DNA of 64,000 bases from an uncultured Chloroflexia bacterium. GTDB taxonomy: Bacteria; Chloroflexota; Limnocylindria; Limnocylindrales; CSP1-4. The notes beneath the pieces were generated by a model. The model worked only from the letters and a program-made list of their open reading frames with translations. It was not told the DNA's origin and ran no database searches. The position numbers and the translations under genes were made by a program. The stretch spans positions 14,387 to 78,386 of the forward strand of contig CAWBMK010000005.1 of assembly GCA_963789905.1 (NCBI GenBank). Direction: 5' to 3'. Position 1 is the stretch's first letter, and each line of letters starts with the position of its first letter. Below are positions 57,274 to 64,000 of this stretch, piece by piece.

Positions 57274-60200
57274 GTGACCGATCGACCGGCGAGCGTCCTG
57301 ATCCTCGGATCGGGGCCGGTCGTCATCGGTCAGGCTGCCGAATTCGACTACGCCGGGACGCAGGCCTGTCGGGCCCTCCGCGCCGAGGGCGTCCGGACGA
57401 TCCTCGTCAACAGCAACCCCGCGACGATCATGACCGACCCGGCCGTGGCCGATGCCGTCTATCTCGAGCCGCTCACCGTGGCAGCCGTCGAGGCCGTCAT
57501 CGCTCGCGAGCGACCCGACGGACTGCTCGCAGGCCTGGGTGGGCAGACGGCGCTCAATCTGGCCGTCGCCCTGTCGCGGGCAGGCGTCCTGGCACGGCAC
57601 GACGTCCGTCTTCTCGGCACGCCGCTCGAGGCCATCGAGATGGCTGAGGATCGCCAGAAGTTCCGGGATCTCCTCGATCGGATCGGGCAGCCCTACCCGC
57701 CCTCGTACATCGTCGAGGGGGCGACCAGCCAGGACCGTGACGAGGCCGCCCGACGCGCGCTGGCGACCATAGGCCTGCCGGCGATCATCCGGCCTGCTTT
57801 CACGCTGGGGGGGACGGGTGGCGGCATCGTCGACGACGAGGACGGCTACTGGGAGCGCATCCGCTCGGGCCTGCGCGCCAGTCCAATCGGCCAGGTCATC
57901 GTCGAGCGCTGCCTCGTCGGCTGGCAGGAGATCGAGTACGAGGTCATGCGCGACGCCGATGACACCTGCATCGCTGTCTGCTCGATGGAGAACGTCGATC
58001 CGCTCGGCGTTCACACCGGCGACTCGATCGTCGTGGCCCCTGTCCAGACCCTTACCGACCAGGTCCATCAGCGCCTGCGCAGCGCATCGCTCGCGATCAT
58101 CCGGGCGTTGGGCGTCGAGGGCGGCTGCAATGTCCAGTTCGCGCTGTCGCCCGACTCGACCGAGCACGCCGTCATCGAGGTCAACCCTCGGGTCTCGCGC
58201 TCGTCGGCGCTCGCGAGCAAGGCCACCGGCTATCCGATCGCTCGGGTCGCCGCCCAGATCGCCATCGGTCGCCGCCTGGCCGAGATCCCCAACGCCATCA
58301 CCGGGACGACGGTGGCCGCGTTCGAGCCGGCCCTCGACTACCTCGTCGTCAAGCTGCCGCGCTTCCCCTTCGACAAGTTCCCGGGCGCGGATCGAACGCT
58401 CGGATCGCAGATGAAGGCGACGGGCGAGGTGATGGCCATCGATCGGACGTTTGGGGCGGCCCTGAACAAGGCATTGCGGGCTCTCGAGCAGGCTGGGGCG
58501 GGGCCGCTTGCCGAAGACGGCGCCTGGGCCGCCGATCTAGCCGCGATCGTCGCCGACGCGGAGGTCGTCGGTCCCGACTCAGGAGGGGCCCACGGCGCCG
58601 AGCCGAGTGCGGGGCAAATCCACATGGCCGGCTTCCTCAAGCCGTCGGACAGCCGGCTTTGGCGCGTGCTCGCTCTCCTGCGCCGCGGCGTGTCGGAGGC
58701 CGCGATCGGGGCGGCGACCGGCATCGGCCCCTGGTTCCTCGCCGAGCTCGGCCGGTCGGTAGCCCTCGAAGGCGCCGTTCGGACAGCGGGCTCCCGGATC
58801 GCCGACCCGGCCGACGCCGAGGCGATGGCGCTGCTGGCGACCGTGAAGCGGGCCGGCTGGGGCGATCGGGACCTGGGGACGCTGGCCGGCATCCCGGCGA
58901 CCGCAATCCGCGCCGCCCGCGAGTCGGTCGGGCTCCGTCCCGGCTATGCGATGGTCGACACGTGCGCCGCTGAGTTCGCCGCCGAGACGCCATATTTCTA
59001 CGCGACGTACGCCGCCGCCGGATCGGCGCCCGAAGCCCCGGTCGTCGAGCGGCCGGCAGCCCTGGTCATCGGGTCCGGCCCCGTCCGCATCGGTCAGGGC
59101 GTCGAGTTCGACTACTGCGCCGTCCATGCCGCCGACACCCTCCGCCGAGCCGGCTGGAGCGCCGTCATGATCAACTCCAACCCCGAGACCGTCTCGACCG
59201 ACTTCGACGCCTCGACGCGCCTGTACTTCGAGCCCCTCGACTTCGAGTCCGTCCGAGCCGTCATCGACGCCGAGAGCCCCGCCGGATCCCCGGTCCTGCC
59301 GGCGGTCGTCGCGTTCGGAGGACAGACGCCCCTCAACCTCGCCGAACCGTTGAGCAACGACGGCGTTCCGCTTCTGGGCGCCGATCTCGAGGCCATCGAC
59401 CAGGCCGAGGAGCGGACGCGCTTCTCCGCGCTGCTGGACCGGCTGGGCATACCCCAGCCCGAGGGCGGCATGGCCGAGAGCGTCGAGGAGGCCCTGGCAC
59501 TCGCGGAGCGGATCGGCTATCCGGTCATCGTGCGCCCCTCGTTCGTCCTCGGTGGCCTCGCCATCGACTTCGCCTACAGCCCCGACGACCTGATCCGGGG
59601 CCTCGCCGCCGCCACGGTCGTCGATCCCGACCGACCCGTCCGCATCGATCGCTACCTCGAAGGGATCGAGGTCGACGTCGACGCGATCAGCGATGGCTCC
59701 GCTGTTCTCATCCCGGGGCTCCTGGAGCACGTCGAGAAGGCCGGGGTGCACTCCGGTGACTCGGTCGGCGTGTTCCCGCCGAGCACGGTCAGCGACGCCG
59801 ATCAGGGCCTCATCGTGGCGACGATGGAACGGATCGCCATCGCCCTCGGATCGCGCGGACTCGTCAATGCCCAGTTCATCGTCCGAGAGGACGGCGTCTA
59901 CCTCATCGAGGTCAACCCACGGGCCAGCCGAACGGTCCCATTCATGAGCAAGGTGACGGGGGTGCCGATGGTCGAGCTGGCCGTCCGGATCGCTCTCGGT
60001 GAGACGCTGAGCGAGATGGGATGGGGGACAGGCCTGCTGCTGCCGCCGCCCTTCACGGCGGTAAAGGCGCCGGCCTTCTCCACGGCGAAGCTCCGCGGCG
60101 TCGACCCGTCCGTCGGGCCTTACATGCAGTCGACCGGTGAGGTCATCGGGATCGCCGACGATCCACGCGTGGCGATGGCCAAGGCGCTGGCCGGAGCGTC

Positions 60201-60648
60201 CCTCCTGCCGCCAGTCGCCACCCCGGGCGCGGTCGCCCTCCTGACGATCGCCGATCGCGACAAGGAGGCGCTGCCCGCTCTCGCCGCCGCCCTCGAGCGG
60301 GCCGGCTACATGCTCGCTGCGACGCCGGGGACGCGAGCGGCACTGGCCGGCGCCGGGTACGACGCTACGCCCGTTGCCAAGCTGGGCGACGACGGCAGCG
60401 GAGAGGGTCCGCCGATCCTTGAGCTCATCGGGTCGGGCAGCGTCCGACTCGTGGTCAATACGCCGACGCCGAGGTCGGGACCGGTCCGCGACGCCGCGGA
60501 GATCCGCCACGCCGCGATCGCCGAAGGCGTCCTCTGTCTGACGGCCATCGAGACGGCCGTCGCCGCGGCACAGGCCCTGGACCCGGCCATAGCCGAACGC
60601 ATGGCCGACGTCCGCCCACTCGGGGACTGGGTGGCCGTGCCAGCCTAG
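57274..60648 (+). CDS. carB: carbamoyl-phosphate synthase large subunit
   Basis: N-terminal VLILGSGPVVIGQAAEFDYAGTQACRALRAEGVRTILVNSNPATIMTD; two ATP-grasp halves and a C-terminal MGS-like domain; GTG at 57274; the track ORF 56776.. is over-extended into carA. Confidence 0.9.
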   Translation: MTDRPASVLILGSGPVVIGQAAEFDYAGTQACRALRAEGVRTILVNSNPATIMTDPAVADAVYLEPLTVAAVEAVIARERPDGLLAGLGGQTALNLAVALSRAGVLARHDVRLLGTPLEAIEMAEDRQKFRDLLDRIGQPYPPSYIVEGATSQDRDEAARRALATIGLPAIIRPAFTLGGTGGGIVDDEDGYWERIRSGLRASPIGQVIVERCLVGWQEIEYEVMRDADDTCIAVCSMENVDPLGVHTGDSIVVAPVQTLTDQVHQRLRSASLAIIRALGVEGGCNVQFALSPDSTEHAVIEVNPRVSRSSALASKATGYPIARVAAQIAIGRRLAEIPNAITGTTVAAFEPALDYLVVKLPRFPFDKFPGADRTLGSQMKATGEVMAIDRTFGAALNKALRALEQAGAGPLAEDGAWAADLAAIVADAEVVGPDSGGAHGAEPSAGQIHMAGFLKPSDSRLWRVLALLRRGVSEAAIGAATGIGPWFLAELGRSVALEGAVRTAGSRIADPADAEAMALLATVKRAGWGDRDLGTLAGIPATAIRAARESVGLRPGYAMVDTCAAEFAAETPYFYATYAAAGSAPEAPVVERPAALVIGSGPVRIGQGVEFDYCAVHAADTLRRAGWSAVMINSNPETVSTDFDASTRLYFEPLDFESVRAVIDAESPAGSPVLPAVVAFGGQTPLNLAEPLSNDGVPLLGADLEAIDQAEERTRFSALLDRLGIPQPEGGMAESVEEALALAERIGYPVIVRPSFVLGGLAIDFAYSPDDLIRGLAAATVVDPDRPVRIDRYLEGIEVDVDAISDGSAVLIPGLLEHVEKAGVHSGDSVGVFPPSTVSDADQGLIVATMERIAIALGSRGLVNAQFIVREDGVYLIEVNPRASRTVPFMSKVTGVPMVELAVRIALGETLSEMGWGTGLLLPPPFTAVKAPAFSTAKLRGVDPSVGPYMQSTGEVIGIADDPRVAMAKALAGASLLPPVATPGAVALLTIADRDKEALPALAAALERAGYMLAATPGTRAALAGAGYDATPVAKLGDDGSGEGPPILELIGSGSVRLVVNTPTPRSGPVRDAAEIRHAAIAEGVLCLTAIETAVAAAQALDPAIAERMADVRPLGDWVAVPA

Positions 60649-60660
60649 GACGTCTCCGCC

Positions 60661-60730
60661 GAGGGCGCCTCCGCTAGGGCGCCTCCGCCTCAGCCGAGGG
60701 CGCCTCCGCCTCAGCCGAGGGCGCCTCCGC
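60661..60730. repeat. 21-bp tandem repeat (about three units) encoding the AEAPSAE repeats at the C-terminus of the 60674-62128 protein
   Basis: tcagccgagggcgcctccgcc repeated, with a partial third copy. Confidence 0.7.
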
Positions 60731-62128
60731 CGCGGGCGCGACGACATCGCCTTCCTCGACCAGGTTCTGGCCGAGGGACCACAGGGTGAGGGTGGTCAGA
60801 CAGACCATGAGCACCGCCAGGGGGATCTGACGGCGCCGCGCCCGTCGGATGGCCATTGTCTCGTCGCCCCCCTCGGCGAGCGCCTCGCGAACGGCGACGT
60901 CGTGGCCGGCGATGGCCCCGATGACGTGGCCGCCGACGACGGCTCCGATCTGGGCGAGCCAGACGAGGGCGGGCGGCAGCCAGGCGCCGTTGGGTTGGAA
61001 GTCGGCCGTCCCGATGAGGTTCCAGCCGAGGGCGAACGGGTCGGACAGGACGATGACGATCCGTTGGCCGTCGACGAGGAGGTAGGTCAGGTAGTGGGCG
61101 ATCACATAGCCTGCGGCGACGGGTACGAGCCCGGCGCCGAGCGCCGCAACGCCGACGACGCGGCTGGTCGCGAGCACCGCGACGAGGATGATCCCGAGGA
61201 AGACCGCTAGCTGGCCGGTTAACCCGAGGAAGGCCTGCTGACCGAACTGGTCGTACCACGGCTGTGTCTGTGACAGCCCGTCGAAGATGACGGCCCCGAT
61301 GGCGATGGCGACGAGGACGAGCCGATCGACCGTCCAGTCGGCATGCCGAAGGCCGGCGGCCAGGCGACGCACCTCGAGCGTCCCCTCGGCGGCGCCCTCG
61401 ACAAGGCCTAGCGGCGCCATCCGGTTGAGGGTCCCGAACCAGACCGAGAACACTTCCCCATTCGACCGCCAGGGGTCACGCCCGAAGAGCGCCATGCAGA
61501 GCAGCGTCAGCGCCGTGTACGCAACGAGGACCACGCCGAGCGTCGAGCCACTGCGGGCGGCCTGGACCGTGAGCTCCAGCCAGACGAAAGCGGCGAGCCC
61601 GGCGACGGCCGGCCAACGCCCGAGCCCGGATGGGTATTCGACCGTCTGCCAGCCGGTCGCTCCGGCGCGCCGGACGAGCGACGCGCCCACGTCGTGGATC
61701 GTCGTGAAGGGATCGATCCAGCGCCACGCTGGTCCGACGAGCGCTGAGACCATGGCAAGGCCGACCCAGCCGTAGACCCACAGGATGAGCGACGCCGGAT
61801 CGGACGCGCCTGAACCGCTGGTCAGCATCTGGCCGACGACAAGGGCCCAGCCCGCGAGGCCGACGATCCGAAGGCCGATCCGAAGAGCGCGGGGCGCCTG
61901 GATCGTTCGATGGGCCGCTGGAGCGTCAGCCGGGCGAGTGACCGGGCGAGCGAGGACCAGGGCGAACGAGAGGGCGACCACGAAGGCGGCCGCGCCGAGG
62001 TAGGCGACAAGCGGGAGGGGCGACTCGTACCGGCCGCTGAGCTGGTGGGCGAGCGCCGGTGCGGGCATCGCCAAGAGGATCAGGACCCCGAACGGGATTG
62101 CTATCCGGTGGCCGGCGACCCTCGACAC
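60674..62128 (-). CDS. polytopic membrane protein with a C-terminal AEAPSAE tandem repeat tail
   Basis: 484 aa, ten or more hydrophobic helices; N-terminal signal-like segment; C-terminal APAAEAPSAEAEAPSAEAEAP. Confidence 0.55.
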   Translation of the reverse strand: MSRVAGHRIAIPFGVLILLAMPAPALAHQLSGRYESPLPLVAYLGAAAFVVALSFALVLARPVTRPADAPAAHRTIQAPRALRIGLRIVGLAGWALVVGQMLTSGSGASDPASLILWVYGWVGLAMVSALVGPAWRWIDPFTTIHDVGASLVRRAGATGWQTVEYPSGLGRWPAVAGLAAFVWLELTVQAARSGSTLGVVLVAYTALTLLCMALFGRDPWRSNGEVFSVWFGTLNRMAPLGLVEGAAEGTLEVRRLAAGLRHADWTVDRLVLVAIAIGAVIFDGLSQTQPWYDQFGQQAFLGLTGQLAVFLGIILVAVLATSRVVGVAALGAGLVPVAAGYVIAHYLTYLLVDGQRIVIVLSDPFALGWNLIGTADFQPNGAWLPPALVWLAQIGAVVGGHVIGAIAGHDVAVREALAEGGDETMAIRRARRRQIPLAVLMVCLTTLTLWSLGQNLVEEGDVVAPAAEAPSAEAEAPSAEAEAP

Positions 62129-62146
62129 GGCCGCTGAGTCTATCGG

Positions 62147-63718
62147 TCAGCGCCCTACCCCGGCCATGGGATCCAGGAAGTGGACGGCGACATGCGTGAT
62201 CGCATCCTCCATGTCGGACATCGGCCCATTCATCGGATGGTCGATGCGAGCCTCGAGGGACCAGACACCCGGATCGGGGGGTGGGCTGACCCAGATGTCC
62301 TGATCGAGGGAGTCTCCCGGCGCCAGGCCGAGCGGAAGGCTGAAGGCGCGGACGGCGGCCCCGTCATGCGCTCGCCAGTACAGGGTCAGCGTCGCGGCCA
62401 GGTCTGTGGTCGGGCCCGCATCCACAGGGCCATCGGGCGAACCAACGAGATCGGGTTGGCTGTCCTCGGGCTTCGGGGCAGTCAGCCAGGCGACCGAGCC
62501 GATGTTCGCGACGGTCAGGCCGAGCGGGACTGGCTCTCCGAGATCGGTCTGGGCTTCGGCAGTCACCGCGATAGCCGCAGCGTACGGGTAGACGACTCGG
62601 ACCTCGACCGTCCCTAGGTCTCGTGCCGGACTATGGCCGCGAGCCGGAGCGAGCTTCAGATCGACCGAGTAGTGCCCCGGCTCGGTCGGGAGGGGCAGGA
62701 CCCCGCGAAAGCCGTTCCTGGAGGGAGCGATCTTCTTCGAGCGGGTGACGACCGGCTTCTCGCTGGAGCCGCCATCGGCCGGCCGCCACGTCGCGACGAA
62801 CCTCTGTGCCGCCGGGCGTGGGAAGCCACCGGTGATGCGGAGCGGCACCGAGATCCCGAGGCCGGTGCCGATGATCGCGATGTCGGCCGTCTTCGGGGCG
62901 CCAAGCCGATATGCCTGGTCGATCAATGGCGCGGTCGTGGGGTGTCGACGCGCCGGGGTCGCCGCGGCCTGCACGGATCCGTTCTCGAAGTCTGCGAAAC
63001 GCCGCAGATCGTCGACCGGGATCCATTCGCCGGGCCATCCGCCAGGCGCGAGCGGGTCGTCGATCCAGACACGGCCGTGGCGCCGGTCGTAGCGTTCGAC
63101 GAAAACGGCGTGGCTGGACGATCGGCGAGCGGCATAGCCCCGACTCCAGCGGCTGAAGTGGGCCGGCAGCCGGTTGTATTCGCCCACGATGACGGCCCCA
63201 CCGCCGGACTCCAGCCGATCGAGCAGTTGCCACCACTCCATGGAGCCGCCATAGCCCGGCGTCTTGAGCTTCACGCGCGCGGCCTTCGCGAATCCCCTGG
63301 ACAGTTCGCGGAGGGTGGACCCACCCTCCTTGTCGCCGGATGCCTTGCGGAGCTTGAACTGGCTGGCTCTCACCCGGCCATGGCTCCACTTGTCGAGCAG
63401 CATCGAGCCGGCTGCCCAGATGCAGTTGTCCTTCATCTGCCAGACGTGCCGAGGCGAGTACATGCCACTCGGGGGCGGCAAGTAGCGCCAGCTCTTCGCC
63501 TCGGCGGCCGGCGTCAGGGGAGCAAGCGGGCTCAGAGCGATCAGGGCGATGGCGGCGGCCAGAGCGAGCCGCGCGGTCGACGCCGCACGGCCGCGGTGGG
63601 TGGGCACGGAGGCATGGTCGGGCCCCGGTGCCGGTTGGCACAGCCGCTCGATGGGGCCAGCCGGCGAGGGTACTTGGGAGCCAGCCGGGACCGTACAATC
63701 CGCGCACCGCCCCACCAT
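62147..63718 (-). CDS. secreted protein with an N-terminal Cys/His-containing putative peptidase-like domain
   Basis: Arg-rich n-region and hydrophobic signal (RGRAASTARLALAAAIALIALSPLAPLTPAAEA); NCIWAAGSMLLDKW Cys motif, and later His/Asp; start uncertain (an internal GTG is possible). Confidence 0.55.
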   Translation of the reverse strand: MVGRCADCTVPAGSQVPSPAGPIERLCQPAPGPDHASVPTHRGRAASTARLALAAAIALIALSPLAPLTPAAEAKSWRYLPPPSGMYSPRHVWQMKDNCIWAAGSMLLDKWSHGRVRASQFKLRKASGDKEGGSTLRELSRGFAKAARVKLKTPGYGGSMEWWQLLDRLESGGGAVIVGEYNRLPAHFSRWSRGYAARRSSSHAVFVERYDRRHGRVWIDDPLAPGGWPGEWIPVDDLRRFADFENGSVQAAATPARRHPTTAPLIDQAYRLGAPKTADIAIIGTGLGISVPLRITGGFPRPAAQRFVATWRPADGGSSEKPVVTRSKKIAPSRNGFRGVLPLPTEPGHYSVDLKLAPARGHSPARDLGTVEVRVVYPYAAAIAVTAEAQTDLGEPVPLGLTVANIGSVAWLTAPKPEDSQPDLVGSPDGPVDAGPTTDLAATLTLYWRAHDGAAVRAFSLPLGLAPGDSLDQDIWVSPPPDPGVWSLEARIDHPMNGPMSDMEDAITHVAVHFLDPMAGVGR

Positions 63719-63732
63719 CGGCAGGAGAGCGC

Positions 63733-64000
63733 ATGCCCATCCCGCGCGTCGAGTTCAGCGACGAACGCCTCGCAAACGGCCTCCGCCTCATCATCGCGGA
63801 GGACCACCTGGCCCCGGTCGTGGGCATCAACATCTGGTACGACGTCGGATCCAAGCACGAGCAGCCGGGCAAGACGGGCTTTGCCCACCTCTTCGAGCAT
63901 GTGATGTTCCAGGGCTCGGCCCATGTCGCCAAGGCCGAGCACATCGCCCTCGTCCAGGCAGCCGGCGGGACCATGAACGGCACGACGTGGCTCGATCGGA
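63733..64000 (+). CDS. M16 family zinc peptidase (pitrilysin-like), 5' partial, runs off the window
   Basis: Inverted zinc motif HLFEHVMFQG (HxxEH) with downstream Glu; Shine-Dalgarno AGGAGAG 4 nt before the ATG. Confidence 0.8.
   Translation, partial: MPIPRVEFSDERLANGLRLIIAEDHLAPVVGINIWYDVGSKHEQPGKTGFAHLFEHVMFQGSAHVAKAEHIALVQAAGGTMNGTTWLDR

Noticed and set aside
58579-60747. 722-aa minus-strand ORF and similar long antisense ORFs (3871-5037, 5296-6594, 24080-25639, 27605-28984, 32635-34359, 35499-36446, 36480-37568, 57127-58167)
   Set aside because: All overlap strongly supported plus-strand genes (carB, mutase, ALDH, Ig-like protein, LAL/hutI, hisD, CoA-transferase). Their translations lack motifs and are dominated by Arg/Gly/Pro/Asp.

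Overview
This window is high-GC (about 70%) chromosomal DNA that looks actinobacterial. Coding density is very high, and most long minus-strand ORFs in the supplied track are spurious antisense frames. All calls rest on reading the translations and DNA by eye, without database searches.

Content by region:
- 0-5 kb: GNAT acetyltransferase, an ABC exporter pair, nitroreductase, alpha/beta hydrolase, J-domain protein.
- 5-7 kb and 16-20 kb: a split B12-dependent acyl-CoA mutase. The large subunit is at 5.5-7.2 kb. The small B12-binding subunit, a MeaB GTPase, 3-hydroxyacyl-CoA dehydrogenase and thiolase lie at 16.3-19.9 kb.
- 7-16 kb: F420/PPOX-class protein, thioredoxin with an ArsR regulator, threonine dehydratase, folE, and a MarR-fusion regulator divergent from a second ABC exporter.
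- 20-37.6 kb: two large STAND NTPases (an adenylyl-cyclase/AAA/TPR protein and a LAL-type LuxR regulator), an ECF sigma factor, ketopantoate reductase, aldehyde dehydrogenase, hutI, hisD, and a CoA-transferase/GNAT fusion.
- 37.6-45.7 kb: an accessory-looking patch around one intact tRNA-Lys(CTT), a degenerate tRNA-like copy and an orphan tRNA 3' fragment. It carries a delta-60-repeat secreted protein, an MFS transporter, a roughly 900 bp ORF-free lower-GC stretch, and small membrane proteins and lipoproteins.
- 45.7-48.4 kb: a phospholipid cluster (CDP-alcohol phosphatidyltransferase, cdsA, plsC-like).
- 48.4-55.9 kb: a minus-strand operon of YceI, histidine kinase, response regulator, a DUF5666-like protein, MacAB-type ABC efflux and a second DUF5666-like protein.
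- 56-64 kb: carA/carB preceded by tandem PyrR-binding-loop-like motifs, a membrane protein with AEAPS repeats, a secreted Cys-containing protein, and the start of an M16 peptidase.

At least four genes (panE-like, ALDH, hisD, a lipoprotein) show single-base frame breaks, three of them clearly at G-runs and the fourth in a GC-rich tract. I found no CRISPR array, integrase or transposase.
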